Shown here: piece by piece, positions 13,956 through 28,590 of the stretch
Layout: every line of letters begins with the position of its first letter
How positions within the stretch are numbered: position 1 is the first letter of the stretch
NCBI GenBank assembly: GCA_964016885.1
Contig: OZ024741.1
Location: forward strand, 89,342,001-89,406,000
Source of the DNA: Eledone cirrhosa
Taxonomy: Eukaryota
Length of the DNA stretch: 64,000 nt
Direction of reading: 5' to 3'
Made by a program: the position numbers and the translations under genes
Notes under the pieces: model-generated
The model's database searches: none
Told to the model about the DNA's origin: nothing
The model's input: only the letters and a program-made list of their open reading frames with translations

Positions 13956-15069
13956 TTTTATGTTACTTTACCGTATTCAGTGACGTGGTTAGTGGGTCTG
14001 GTCACTACTTCTGATCGGATCCCTTAAAAGGACTGTTATCGCATACGGTCTGATCGGATCTGAGGATAGCCCCTAAAAGGACTGTGTCACATACGGTAAG
14101 GATGAACAGACGAAGGAAGAAGTTGAACGGACGAGCAAGGCGAGAGATGTAGTTTTCGGTCAACTATTTTCATATATAAAGCGACGATACAGAGGTACAA
14201 GGCGTGTGTGAGTGACAAGTATGTCAGAGGAGAGGAACAACGATACACGAGCTGACCCTGCCAAAGGTCGACTGTGTTTGGAACCACTCTATTTATACAA
14301 AAATAATCTTTTGATGTTTAGCCGCTGCGTAGGCGTTTTATTTTGGTGGCTTAAGGGTTGTTTGTTTCATGGTAGCTAAGCAGAAAGATAGTTATTTATT
14401 TCACAGATGTTATTTCCGGTGGCTGTACATACTCTTATTTGGACTAAATTATATAGAAAATATATAAACGGGAATTGATTATGCTATACTCTTATGCGAA
14501 CTATACTCTTATCCGATATACTCTTAACCGGACTCATGCACTGTACAAAACATAGTACATAAATTTGGGAATTGATTATGCTATACTCTTAAGCGAACTA
14601 TACTCTTATCCAATATACTCTTAAGTAGACTCGACTGTATAAACACACACCACATATAACATAACTAAGCACTTCAGAAGCAATATTATGCGGTATGTTG
14701 TTGTGTTTCAGATGACGTCCTTTGGAGCTGAAAAAGATCATACTGACTATGGTTATTTCACATTTAAAATCCGCGGCCAATGCTACCAGTTAATCGGTGG
14801 CAGTTTACTCTCCCAGCATAATAAGGAAGTTTTATAATTGTCTTTTTTTTTTTTATGTCTCTCTCTCACACACATACATTACGGTCTCACTTCATACTGT
14901 AAACCAGACAACACATCCAATACAGTCGTTTTCACTTTTATCCGTCTTCTCCTAACTGCTCTCACGGGCGAAGCCGGGTACCTCAGCTGGTGTACACACA
15001 TACATACACGCGCACACACACGCACGTACACACACGCACGCACGCACGCACGCAAGTACGTGAACTGTT

Positions 15070-18000
15070 ATTTGAAAACGGGTCCTGTCAGAAGCAACAG
15101 TCTCAAAATAATCTGGTTGTATTCCCAAGCGAGACCAGCTGAGTTCATGGATGTTATCCAACCATCTTGCCTTAGGTTTAACCCCTGGGTCTCCTGTCGG
15201 CTGGTTTTACCCGTAAAATCTGTCCAGTGCTTCTTTCCGGAGGCATTCTAACCACATGTCCGTATTATTGGAGATTTGATCTCTCAATTCGGAGAAATAG
15301 CAGTTCTACCTGAAATGACTCTCTGATCTCTGAGCCATGCACTTTATCGAGTAACGTTACTCCAAGGACCCTTCGGAGGAACACCATTTCGGCTGTTTGT
15401 ATTCGAGATCGTATTCTTTCAGTTATTACTCAAGAAAATCTTTTAGTCACAGTTGTATTAAAAAAATATAATAATATAATGGTTGCAGAACAAAAATGCA
15501 AAAACATATAGTATATACAAAGCAGGTAATACATACATCTAGGACCAAATACAACAAAGGGGAGGCGAAAGGGTGGGGCAAACGAACCACTATCTTGCCT
15601 TAAAAATTACTCAAGATACATGACCATAGGTAAGAGTTGGCATGAATGTCGAATTGAAGATAGTGAGTTTGGCTTTTACACCGACCACTGTTCTTCTGAT
15701 TACCGAATGATGAAGCTGGCGCATTACTGCTCCAGCTCCCGCAATTATTACACTTAATTCAGCATCCTGCCTCCCATCACTCGTGAACATGGACCCGAGA
15801 TACTTGAATTTCTTCACCTGCTTCAGTGGAACGCCATTTACCTGTAGAGTGGACTTTGCAGGCTTCCTTGAGAGGACAAGTATCTCAGTTTTCGCAGGAC
15901 TGATTTCAATTCCAGACGTGCAGTACTCGGCATCAAACCTATCAAGTGCAAGTCGGAGATCAACTTCCGACAAGTTAAGTAATACCATGTCATCTGCAAG
16001 TTCCAGCTAACTGTCGTGATATCACTTCCAACCCAGCTGCACATGCCAATCCTGTTCAGGAAAATAAGGAACAGGAGAGGCGACATTATGCACCATTGGC
16101 TTGAGTTCGACTTCCACATTGAAGGGTTTCAATGTAGCACCATTTATCCAAACACAAATAATCGGGTATTCCTATAGAGACATCAAAGCAACAAGAAGCT
16201 TATCATCTATCCCATATTCCTACATAACCTTCCACATCAGGTCCCATGGAACGCGGCTGTTTGCCTTTTCGAGGTCTACAAAGCAAGAATACTCCCCTTA
16301 GCGTATCCCACAGCGTGAATATTTGGTAGGCTGTGCTGCGTTCGCGGCGAAAACCACACTGTTCATCAGCTAGCTTGGATTCGACAATCTCCCTACATCT
16401 TTGCTAGCCACTTAGCATAGACTTTATCGGGGAGGCTTAACAAGGAGAGTCCTTTATAATTGGAGCAATCTCTTTTATCTACCATTTTGAAAATTGAGAT
16501 TATAAACCCCGACTGCCAATACTGAGGTGTCTTTCTAGAGATTCAGGCCACCCAACACACACAAGTCAGCTAGAGAATACTTTCCCTATTTAAAGCTCTT
16601 TCATTCTCTCCAGCTGCCGTGCCGCATTTCAACTCTTTAATTGCTCTTGTGTCCTCGGCCTCCGAGAGATTAGTCATCGCTCCCAGATGCACCTCGTGTA
16701 CATCAGAAGATGCTGTTGTGATCACGAGGACGCACCTCTCTTCAGCGAGGAGAACCCCAGACGTAGCAGGTATGGAGGAGGACTTCTTATTACGAAGTCG
16801 GCGGATGGTCTGCCAGAACATTTTATTTACTGATCTGAAGCCGAGTTCCAGCATAAGTCCAAAGTCCTCCCATGTCTTAGCTTTGGACGTTTTTATTGTC
16901 TCTGCTGCGACTTTTTGCGCCTAATTGTACCGCAAGTGCGAGAAAGAAGACTTATTTCCAAGTCAAGCTTTGTCAGCCTCCTTCGTTGCTCGGATGCATC
17001 TTTGACCTCTTGATTGAACCAACTGGGTCCTCCTGCCACCCAACACCGCAATAAGCCGCTTTTGCCCGCAGCAGTTAACAGCTGAAGCAGAAACTGCTGA
17101 GCTGAATAGGGTCCACTCCATTTCAACATCCTCAGTTTGCTCTGGGAGTTCTCTGAATTTGATTGCAATGGTATCTGCATACCTGATCCTGACTTTCTTA
17201 TTCACCAACGCTTCCCACTTTATCTTCTATGTCGACCTGGACCAGCCAGTTTTGTGGGCTTCTTTGGCTTTATGTAGTCTCAGGTTGCAGATAAGTAGAT
17301 AGTGATCAGTTGACAGCTCAGCCCTGCTCTTAACACGAACATACAGCACAGAATCATCGAAGAGATCAGAGATAATAACAAAATCAATTATTGATCTCTG
17401 GTCCTGACTCCCTTAATATCATGTATATTTATGGATGTCTCTGTGCTGGAAGGTGTTCATAATAGAGAGTCCATTGTTAAAACAGAAGTTCAATAAGGCC
17501 TCTCCATTCGTATTTAGATCGGGATCACCGTTCCTTCCAATCATTCCTTTTCATGTCAGGTGGTCAGTGCCAACATGTGCATTAAAGTCTCCCATTAGGA
17601 TATATGTCTCTGTCATAACTACATCTAGCGATGCAGTGACGTCAAGGAAGGATCTGTATTCAGACTCCTTGTTTGGTGCATAAACTTGCATCACCCACAA
17701 AGAGCTATCTTTCAGCCTAAGCTTCAAGAGGTAAATCCTCCCACGTAATTGGATCCAGTTCATAACACATTCTGACAGGCGGGGGCTTGTGAGTATCCCC
17801 ACTTATGCCTGTGCAGTCATTTCTGGCGCCACATCTGAATAGGGGAGTTTCCTCCATCCAAATCTACAGTATCCGGCCCACAGAACTTTGTTGAGGAAAC
17901 CCTGACTATATCTCGCCGATAGCATCAAGCTCCATCCATTAGTTCTTGCTTCTTACCTGTAAGGGTTGTGATGTTCCAGTATGCAATTGTTACGGTTTGC

Positions 18001-18140
18001 TCCCTTCTGAACCCCCTTTGGGGTCTAGGGATATGCAACCTTTGCGTATCCATCCCACGCCTCCCAGGACAGGCCGCAGGTCCATCGCCAGTTTTTACAG
18101 CATGAAATGGAGTCTGCAATATATTTTTCGAACAGGCTCC
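15070..18140 (-). mobile_element. RTE-clade LINE, near full length, decayed (APE endonuclease + RT)
   Basis: YWNITTL, QVYAP and MGDFNAHVG (APE); CFVDLEKA, SPLLF, KFKYLGS and LTYG (RT). Many stops and frameshifts. Confidence 0.92.
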
Positions 18141-19347
18141 TCTAGCTAAGTATGATTCATTCCAATTTATTTACTTGTTTATTCATTTATCTATTTTCAT
18201 TTTAATACTCAGTTCCCAACTGATTGAGAGGAGAACGATGACACAGCTGAAGACTCACTCACGAGTGACATCATCGATAATTTAAGTCCCATAACTCAGT
18301 TAAATTCAAAGATGCAGATTTTAGTCAACGCGCTTGTAGTTTTACACTTATCAATACCGTCGAAGCGGTGAATAGGAAATTACGTTAGAACTTTAGCAGA
18401 ATAATTCCTCATAATAATATTTTTGGTTGTTCACTGTATTTCATATTGGTGTGTTGATAGGATCCGAAAGAGATGATGTGCTAAGGCTGCGTGTTTGATG
18501 TTGGTAGTCCATGTAGACGGATAAGGAAGGAAAACGCCGCGAGAATATATAATAAAAGATTTATTTTTTTCTTAAAATATTACAATAAAATGTTAGGTGC
18601 CGTTGAGACATATATCTAGGTAAGAGGTTGCTGGGCCCCTGCCGAGAGGAAAAGTCCCTTGATAAATGTTTCATCTTGCCAGTTGCTCCAAGGAAGGGAT
18701 TGACATAACGTCTTTCTTGTCCGAAGAAGAAGCTGCAACTGTTTTAGAAGTAAAAAAAAAAAGGCGCAACATTTTTAGTTGGGCGGAAGTCATTTTTCGG
18801 TATTTCTACGCCGCCAATTTACCAAGCGTAACCCATTTGTTCGGCCGCGGTAAGTAGTGCCTTTGCTTACTACAGAACCTAGGATAGAACGCTCCGAGGT
18901 TTCAGCTCTCTGCGCACTGAGTTCAAATCCCGCAACGGTCAACTTTGCCTTTCATCCGCTCTTCACATCTACATTTGCCAATACACAGTCATGGCTCACA
19001 CACATGTGACACCGCATCTTACAGTGAGGGCTAAATCGAACCTAGAACCAAACAGGGAATGAGGAATAAGGTTGGTTCATTAACCACTCATTTGACATTT
19101 GGAATACTTTGAATAAAGTCAAAAATAACTGTCAAATCCCCTTAACCTACAATGTTCTTGCTTTGTTCATTGATATGTTAAGACGAATAATTGCTGTTTA
19201 TATACAACTTCACAATCAATTCTTACGAGCGAATGCCATGTCAGTCTTTTGATAACAATAACACACACACATATCTATATGTATGTATGCCTGTATGCAT
19301 GTATGTACGTATATGTATGTATATATATGCATATATATAACATATAT

Positions 19348-19459
<112 letters not shown>

Positions 19460-19904
19460 TTTGCATATATCTACCTATTTACACACATGTAATAAAATAT
19501 TGATATTTACATAGGTATTTACAAAAGGAGCCTCAGATACATTGAACAATCACCTTGTGTGGAGCGTGGAGTCAATTGATATATAATGTGGCATGGCCTG
19601 TAATGCGACATATCAGGTTAAAATATGCTGAATCACAGGTATTGGCTCAAATGGTCTCTGCTTTGATTTTTCACATACCAACGACATATATATTTCAAAG
19701 AAGGTCAAATTTTCAACACGTTCAACAAATGTCAGGGTTGGAAGTAATGATATAGGCCAGTGATTATTTTAACGTGCAGTTGATCCCTGCTCGTGCAGTT
19801 CTAAATATAAATTTGTGCAATACGTTTTCATTTTGTTTCAAATACTACGTGTTTATATGGATATGATGGTAGAATACACAAGCATGTATGCAGGGCTGGA
19901 TTTT

Positions 19905-20375
19905 GACTCTCCCTTTCTCTATATCTACCTACACTTATCTCTCCCAATCCCCTCTCTATATCAATCACCATCAAACTCTCCTCTTTATATCTACTATACG
20001 ACACTCTCTTATTAACCCCCTCCCTATAGTTACAACCACCAAAATCTTCCCCTCTCTATATATAATATTCAACACTCTCTCTATATCAATCAATACTACA
20101 TTTTCCCTCTCGCTATATCTACAACAAGGCACTCACTCTTAATCCCCCTCCCTATATTAATTACCTCGATACTCTCCAACTCTCTATATTTACCATACAA
20201 AACACTCTCTGGATCTCCCTTTCTATATATATTACCAACAAACTCTCACTCTCTCTATATATCTATCGTACAACACTCTCTTTCAATACCCCTCTCTATA
20301 TCAATTACCACTATACTTTCCCTCTCTCTATATCTACTACACGGTACTCTCTTCCAACCACCTTTCTATATCAAT
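19905..20375. repeat. Degenerate CT-rich tandem repeat
   Basis: Recurring CCCTCTCTATATC(A/T)A..ACACTCTC units. Confidence 0.6.
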
Positions 20376-20805
20376 TAACACTAAGGCTTTTAGCTCTTTG
20401 CACTCTAAAATGTTAGGAAAATGCAATTTGAGTTCAAGCAGGTCATATTTACAGCTTTCAATAATGATGAAGTGATTATAGCGAAATGACTTATGAAATC
20501 TGTCTCTGAATATACATATTAGCAAATGGCAAATAGTGATATGTGGAGAAAAAGTTGTCATGACAAAAAATTTACTATGAATATATGGTCAATATAATAA
20601 TATATATTAATATAATAATAATATATTATCAAATATCAACCAAGATATAAAAAAAAAACTTCGATATGCGATAAACATAGCATGTACATAAATTGTAGAC
20701 CATATACAAATAGATGTGTGTGTTTGGTAGTTTGGAAAGAAAATATTATTATTGGAGGGGGGGGGGGGGGGGGCATCCTCCTCCCCTCCAATAATAATAT
20801 TTTCT

Positions 20806-21303
20806 CTTCAGTGGAACGCCATTTACCTGTAGAGTGGACTTTGCAGGCTTCCTTGAGAGGACAAGTATCTCAGTTTTCGCAGGACTGATTTCCATTCCAG
20901 ACGTGCAGTACTCGGCGTCAAACCTATCAAGTGCAAGTCGGAAATCAACTTCCGACAAGTTAAGTAATACCATGTCATCTGCAAGTTCCAGCTAACTGTC
21001 CCTATATCTGTCTGTCATGATATCACTTCCAACCCAACTGCACATGCCAATCCTGTTCATGAAAATAAGGAACAGGAGAGGCGACATTATGCAGCCTTGG
21101 CGGAGTCCGACTTCCACATTGAAGGGTTTCAATGTAGCACCATTTATCCAAACACAAATAATCGGGTATTCCTATAGAGACATCAAAGCAACAAGAAGTT
21201 TATCATCTATCCCATATTCCTACATAACCTTCTACATCAGGCTCCGTGGAACGCAGCCGTTTGCTTTTTCGAGGTCTACAAAGCAAGAATACTCCCCTTA
21301 GCG
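20806..21303 (-). mobile_element. RTE RT fragment nearly identical to ~15823-16303
   Basis: Long exact matches to the upstream LINE. It abuts the Helitron fragment. Confidence 0.9.
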
Positions 21304-21865
21304 AGCCAATATTGCCCTATCGCACAACCAGTTATGGTTACGGAAGTTTTCTTGCAAATTTTGGAATACTTGGTCTTTGAGCTCCTCGATAGACGAAACA
21401 ACGGTACAAAGTGGCCAGATCTCCATTTCCCCTGCCGCGTTAACAGGCACACTACCATCGCCAAATGCCAAAACATCTTTAGCAAACTGGGAAGACACTT
21501 GGCCACCGTGAAGTCGAGCTCTCATATTAGTGGAAAGAGTGAGAGTTGTAACATGTCGCTATAACGGTGAGGACTTAATGCACGCTTGTACTTCATCAGA
21601 CCTTGTGCCTTTAGGAATGACAGGAAGAGTCTGCCTAAAGTCGCCAGACAGCAGAAGCGTTGCACCGCCCATTGGAGCCTGACAGTCTCTGATATCCTTC
21701 AGGGCTCTATCTAATGCCGCTAGGCCTCCTCTGTGAGCCATAATGCACTCATCCCATACGATAAGAATACACCGTCGGAGGACTTGCCCCTGGTCGGAAC
21801 TCTTACTGATGTTGCAGGAATACGCCTCAGAAGACGCTAAATTCAAGGGTAGTTTAAGTGCATAC
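21298..21865 (-). pseudogene. Helitron PIF1-family helicase fragment
   Basis: LKLPLNL, LIVWDECIM, LLLSGDFRQTLPVIPKG and NWLCDRAILA. Confidence 0.9.
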
Positions 21866-23393
21866 ACGTCATGTTTAAGTAGGTTTGGAACATGATTGGG
21901 ACACGAATAATACATACAGGCCCTAACGCAAACAAAATGTATTAAAAATGCGGATCTTCGCTTAATGCGGTCATAGGGCAAGAAAAAGTGCAATTTTTTA
22001 TAAACATGTCACTCCTTGGAAAATGAATAATGCAAGTGTAAAACATGAAGGAATTTAGTTGGATACTTTTAAGGTTACAGGCCCTAACGCAACCAAAATG
22101 CTAAACAATGCGGTCCCCGGGCAAAAATTTGAAATCTTTTTCAGTCAAGAAAATTTGTGAAACATAAGTATGCATATGCAAAGTTTTAAAAAGATCGGTT
22201 GGGTACTTCTCGAGTTACAGGCCCTAACGCAACCAAAATGCTTTAAAAAATCGGTATTTTGCTTAATGCGGTCCCTGGGAAAAAAACGAGAAAATCTCTT
22301 TTGCTCAAAACACTTTAAACGACATAAGTCATGCAAATTTTGAAGAAATCGCCTGGATTATTGTTCCGTTTGCCTAAAATTTTTTTTTTTAGCCTAATGC
22401 GGTCCCTACGGCATTGAACATTTGAAATATTTTTTGCTCAAAACACTCACACGACCATAAGTATTACATGTGTAAAGTTTGAAAAAAATCGGTTGGGTGG
22501 TTCTCGAGTTTTAGGGAAATGGACAGATAGACATACATTCTCTGTTTTATATATAGAGACTAGCAGAAAAACACCCGATGGGCGGTTTTCTGCTAGCAAA
22601 TCTAGTGTATATACTGATATTGTTGAGATTTGGATGAGAAATGTTTTCGGCACCACATGTTCACCGTCTCTCGGTGTGTCTTTTATGCATGTATAAATAT
22701 ATATGTTATCTATACGGTGAAATCTTTGAAATAAATATATGTTAAAACTTAAAAGGAGAAAAAGAGATTAGTGACGGAAATATAAACGTTATGATACATA
22801 AACGTTATGATATAACGATGGAAATATATAAACGTTTACGATAAAACGATGGAAATAGAAACGTTTATATATAATGATAAGCCGAAACACTCGTAAGCCG
22901 AAACACTCGTAAGTCGAAACATTCGTAAAGCGAAACGTATAAATAAAGATTAATGTAATGAATTTGAAAAGCATAGAGATTTGAAACCGCGTCTATTTGT
23001 TTCCTTGTCATTTTTTACAGACGGACAGACAGACAAACAAACAGAGAAATGCCCATTATATATTATAAGTAGACTTGGCATGGTGTCAAGTCAGAACCGC
23101 CTCGAACTGGTTACTTCTGGCTTGTGCAAGGTGTCTCTATAGCAACAAGCGATTCCCTCGGCCTCAGTGACCAAAGTCAGTGGAGAGGGGAAGGTAATGT
23201 TTCTATAGCGACAGTGTTTCTCTTGGTAGTACCAAAGTGGAGAAAGGAAGGGGAAGGTAATATTTCTGTAGCACCTACATTTGAGTTTTAGGGAAGGACA
23301 GACAGACAGACAGACAGACAGAGAAATGCCCATATATTTCTGTGTGTGTATATATATATATATATTACACACACAGAAATGTATATATATTTC

Positions 23394-23424
<31 letters not shown>

Positions 23425-23755
23425 TACACACACAGAAATGTATATATATTTCTGTGTGTATATATATATATATTACACAGACAGAAATGTATATATATTT
23501 CTGTGTATATATATATATATATTTCTGTGTGTGTATATATATATATATATATATTACACACGCACAGAAATGTATATATGTTTCTGTAGCACTCCTCAAT
23601 TCCCCCCTCTCTCCCTCCCGCTATCCCCCTCTCGTAGTCTGTCTCTTTCTTTCACTCTCTATCTACGCGGGCGCAAAAAACATTCGCACGCGCGCACTTG
23701 TTTCCACTGTCGGACAGACAGACAGAAATTGGTGGTTATATATATAAGTAGATGG
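21866..23755 (-). mobile_element. Helitron non-coding parts: subterminal tandem repeats and stacked termini
   Basis: Repeats of TTACAGGCCCTAACGCAACCAAAATG (21915-22420). On the minus strand, a hairpin+CTAG 3' end at 22560-22596 is joined to a TCTCTATATATAAAAC 5' end. Further TCTACTTATA..TCTGTCTGTCC 5'-type ends at ~23072 and ~23752. Confidence 0.6.
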
Positions 23756-24986
23756 AGTTGTGAACTAAAAAAGCGCTACCAATGTTCAAGTCGTTAATGT
23801 TGCAGAAGAGTGAAAATCGTTCACCATTCTCTATAGCTTACTGTCCTGATGCACAAGGCAGTTTCATATGGATCACCGACACCTTTAAAAATCGAACCTG
23901 AAAACGAGTTGTTATAATTCTATCGCTGACTGCTTTCCAGTCAATCAGTGCTCTAGTTGTTTCCACATCAAGTATTAGTTCTACCAAGGCCGGCGTTATA
24001 ATTAAGGCCAACTAGGCAGCTGCCTCGGACGCAGATTCAAAGTGGCACATTGTTCTATTCAGATTTCAAGACCTTTTCAGCCTTCTCAGAATAAAATGAA
24101 GGTAGTTATGGCGTGTTGTTTGCACGCTTTACTGTGGGTCGCACAATCCCCTCGGAATGCTCTTCAATGCCAGATTAAAAACAACTATATCTAACAATTA
24201 ATCTCAGATATCTTTCAAAATTAATTTCCTGCGTGCTGCATCAGTGGTGTTGATTTTTGGTTAGTATTTTGCTATTGGTAAAGGATCCATAGATACTCTT
24301 CTCATTTTCTGTTTTGTTTATTAATGTTTTTCTATTTACTTTTATTGTGTTTACTGTATTGTAATCTGTTCCGCTGGCTTCATGTCGTAAAAGAATAGTA
24401 AACTGACGGGAAAGTGTCATGATAGTGTGTTCGATGTACTCCTGGGTCCCAAATAATAGGGACTGGGGTGGAATAAATGGAGTGGAAATTTAGTGAACAT
24501 TTAGAGGAGATAAGTGGAAAATGTAGTTGGCCGACAGATCACGGTATTTTAGGATTTTGCTCCGTTCGGCTGCGAAAGCTGTGGCTCTCGCCCTAACCGC
24601 AGAATCCAGTATGTGAGAAGCAAATGAGTCACTAATTGTGACGGCCCAGACAAGAACCTCATTTTCAAGAGAGCTTTGGTCCGGGCAAACATCCCCTCAA
24701 TTTTGGAACCGTCTGGTGTCCAGAATTGATGGCCTTACCCTGTGCCTTTGGTCGAGATGCAGGTGTCTTGTTTAAACGAAAGGATATTTTTCTTTTATAG
24801 AGAGAAGCATGATTTCTAGCCATTAATGGAAGAGAAAGAACAAAAAGAACGTGATCACGAAAAAAAAACAAAACAAAAACACATCAGACATATATACGAA
24901 AAGAAGTAAACAGTCACAAAACCTAGAAACATGCATTCCAAAATTACTCACATATCTAATAGCAAAGAGCGTGGGAATGAGAGAGT

Positions 24987-25095
<109 letters not shown>

Positions 25096-25149
25096 ATCAA
25101 TGCCATTGGTGTTACTTAACTCAACAGAAGTTGGTCTCTGTCTTGCACT

Positions 25150-25820
25150 CAATTGGTTAGGTTTGATGACGAGTGCTACATGGTTGGAATGAAAATTGGT
25201 GCTGCGAAAACTGAGACACTCATCCTCTCAAGGAAGTTCAAATATTTCACAAGTGAATTAAGTGTAAGAATTGCAGGTGCTGGTGCAGTAATCCACCAGC
25301 TTCAGCATTCAGTAATCAGAAGGGAAGTAGGTGTAAAAGCCAAACTCACTGTCTTCAATTCGGTAGTTGTGCCAACCCTTACCTATGGTGATGAATCTTG
25401 GGTAATGGCTGAAAAAATAAAATTGCGAATACAAGCGGCCGAAATGGGATTCCCCCGAAGGGTCTTTGGAGTAACGTTACTTGATAGAGTGCGTAGCTCG
25501 GAGATCAGGGAGATATTCCATGTAGAGCCGCTACTTCTCCGAATGGAAAGATCACAGCTCCGTTACTGCCGGCATGTGCTTTGAATATCTTAGGAAAGAA
25601 TCATTGGACAGATTTTACGGGCAAAACCAACCGGCAAAAGACCCATGGGGAGACCTCGAGCAAGATGGTTGGATAACATCCATGAACTTGGCTGGTCTTG
25701 GTCTCGCTTGGGGATCCAGTCGGATCAGTTGGAGACGGTTGCTTCTGACAGGACCCGCTGGGAGGAGTGCTTGATGACTCTGCCGTCACGATCCTCTCAG
25801 GAATAAGTGGGCGGAGAAGA
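25150..25820 (+). mobile_element. 5'-truncated RTE LINE
   Basis: PTLTYGDESWVM, IQAAEM, LLDRVRSSEIRE; 3' end CAGGAATAAGTGG..GAAGAA. Confidence 0.88.
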
Positions 25821-26213
25821 AAAAAAAAAAAATTGTGAAGACTAAAATCCGAAGAGGGCTCGATAAGGATGCCGTGACTAAAGATTCTGAATCAGAAAAT
25901 GTAACCGAGTAAACCACGGGTTATGCAATTATGTATTAGGTCCTGAATTTCACTTCAAAGAAAGACCTATTTTCAAGATGAAAACCAACTTCTTGTGTAA
26001 CTCATACAATTTAATATATATTATAACATGCAAAGGATGACAGTTCATTGTCAACAAATTGGCTAAACGTACACTACACCCCCTGGTACTTTCTTAATCT
26101 ACCCGAAAGGGTGAAAGCAAACAGGATCTTAACGGAATTTGAATTCAGAACGTAGAGGCCCGAAACAAAAATATATGTTTACGTAAATACATATGTATGT
26201 ATGGATTGATTTA

Positions 26214-26323
<110 letters not shown>

Positions 26324-26714
26324 CGTGCGTGTGTGTGTGTGTGTGCGTGCGTGTGTGTGTGTGCGTGCGTGCGCGTGTGTGCGCGTGCGTGCGCGTGTGC
26401 GTGTGTGTGCGTGTGTGCGTGAGTGAATGTGTTTGATGTTTTCGTGAAAGAAAAAAACATATATGTATATTATACATCTAGGAACGACTTATGGAATAGT
26501 AGTCACGCGATTTTTTTTTTCTCATTAGATAAAGCGGCTCGGTGTACTTTGAGAGACTAATAGCTTTTGGCCACTTGCCTAATCATAGTTTACGACTCAA
26601 TTGAAACAACTCTGACAAAGAATAACAAAGAGCGCAGTCTCATTTAAATTATACTTTCTGATAAATGTTACGAAAAAGGGGAACCCGAGCCAACGAAGAA
26701 ACATTATACATTAA

Positions 26715-26902
26715 GGCGGTAGATTGGCAGTATCGGTAGAGGGGCGGACGCCATGCTTTACAGCATAGAGTTACGGCCCTTTACGATCTGAGTTTAAATA
26801 TCGCCGAGGTTAACTTTGTCTTTCACCCTTACGGGGGTTGATTAAATAAAGCGCCAGTAATGCACTGGGGTAATTACTGGTCTTGTGCCCAATGTAAAAA
26901 CT
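26715..26902 (+). mobile_element. Full-length tRNA-derived SINE
   Basis: A-box-like TGGCAGTATCGGTAGA, B-box-like GAGTTTAAATAT, central domain and 3' end GGTCTTGTGCC. Confidence 0.85.
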
Positions 26903-27789
26903 ATTATACATTAGAAATAGTTGTCAATCTTCCTCAATCTTCAAACAGGAGACGTTGTCTAATAAAGTCCAAAGATACCTCTAAAAAGATATATAGCATT
27001 CCGTTGAACATAATTTTGTTAATCATTTTTAGATGAGGTTTGAATTGAAAAACTAAATTGTTGTAACAATCGATCTATTTCCTTATTAGCCAACTTACTA
27101 ACATACATTTTATCGTTATACTCATTCTTATTCTTATTAACTATTAAGGTGGTAGATTGGCTGAGTTGTAAGAGCGTCGGACAAATGGTCAATAGTATTA
27201 CTTTCTGAGTTCAAAATCAACCGAAGTCAACTTTGGGATCGACAACATGAGTATCAGACTCGAAGACAACATGAGTATCAGTCTTTAAAAAATGAGTTCT
27301 GGGGTCGATATGCTCAACTAAATCAAGTTCACGCTCTAATGACTGAAATCAGTAAAAAAAAAAAAAAGAATAAATACATACATACACGCATGCGTATGCG
27401 TATTGTAATGTTTGTATAACGTAAGCCACTGATTGTTAACATATATGCCACGCTATGTACTTTGATAGAATCATGGTATATAAAGCTTATCTATAAGCAT
27501 TTACCCAAGACTAATAGTATATAGGATTATTAAAAAATAAATTAAAATTTTGACGCTAAAATGTTTCACTATCTCTGGTTTAACTCATTCTGTTAAGTAG
27601 TGAAATGTTAATCCAACTAGATCGAAAATTATTATTATATATTATCCTTGAAGAAGATAATCTAGACGTTCATTTAACTAAATCAGAAAACGGCCTCTGA
27701 TCACAGGCATCATCAACAACATCACTTCTTCAGTCAAACATTACGACATACACACGTACATATAGACATATGTATACATACACACTACA

Positions 27790-27980
27790 CACATGGATGA
27801 AAAGCTGCATGCTTATCAGCAAAAACTATGTTGCCAAAAAGCTTCAAAGTAAGAGTAATGTAGATAAGCATAGTAGTCTATCTTGGACTAACAACCGGTA
27901 TTTTGGCTCTCACTTTGAAGGATATGCTTTTTCAATCCAAGAACAAGAAATAACAACGAAATACCTGATGCTCAAAAGAG
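27790..27980 (+). mobile_element. Fragment of an R4/Dong-like non-LTR retrotransposon
   Basis: VDKHSSLSW..SHFEGYAFSIQEQEITTKYL resembles the post-RT region of R4-clade proteins. Confidence 0.6.
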
Positions 27981-27994
27981 ATAGTCATTTGCCC

Positions 27995-28590
27995 CCTCAA
28001 GAAAGCCTGCGCAGTGCACTCTACACGTGAGTGGAGTTCCACTGAAGCAGGTGGAGAAATTCAAGTAACCTGAGGCCGTGTTCATGAGTGATGGAATGTA
28101 GGAGGCTGAATTAAGTGCAAGAATTGCAGAGGCTAATGCAGTAATGCGCCAGCTTCGGCATTCGGTCATCAGAAGGGAGATGAGTGTAAAAGTCAAACTC
28201 ACTATCTTCATTTCGGTAGTCGCGCCTACTCTTACCTATGATTATGAACCTTGGGTAATGACCTAAAGAATATGATCACAAATACAAGCGGCTGAAATGG
28301 GGTTCCTCCAAAGGGTCTATGGAATAACGTTACTCGGTAGAGTGCGTAGCTTGGAGATCTGAGAGTTACTCCAGGTAGAGCCGCTACTTCTCCGAAAGAT
28401 CACAGCTCCGATTCTGGCAGCAAACCAAGGGGTAAACCCCAGGCAAAACATCCATGATCTCGACTGGTCTCGCTTGGTGATCCAGCCGGATCAATTGGAA
28501 ACGGTTGCTTCTAACAGAACCCGCTGAAAGCATGCCTGAGTATTCTTCCTCCACGACTCTCAGGAATAAGTGGGAGAAGAAGAAGAAAGA
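27995..28590 (+). mobile_element. 5'-truncated RTE LINE
   Basis: Homologous to 25150-25820 and to the minus-strand LINE at 15070-15900; (GAA)n tail. Confidence 0.85.

Larger units (their letters stand above)
12000..14637 (-). mobile_element. Tigger/pogo DNA transposon with 24-bp TIRs and TA target duplication
   Basis: TA|CAGTCGAGTCCGCTTAAGAGTATA at 12000 and TATACTCTTAAGTAGACTCGACTG|TA at 14614-14637 (22/24 match). The right terminus is partly duplicated at ~14466-14546. Confidence 0.9.
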
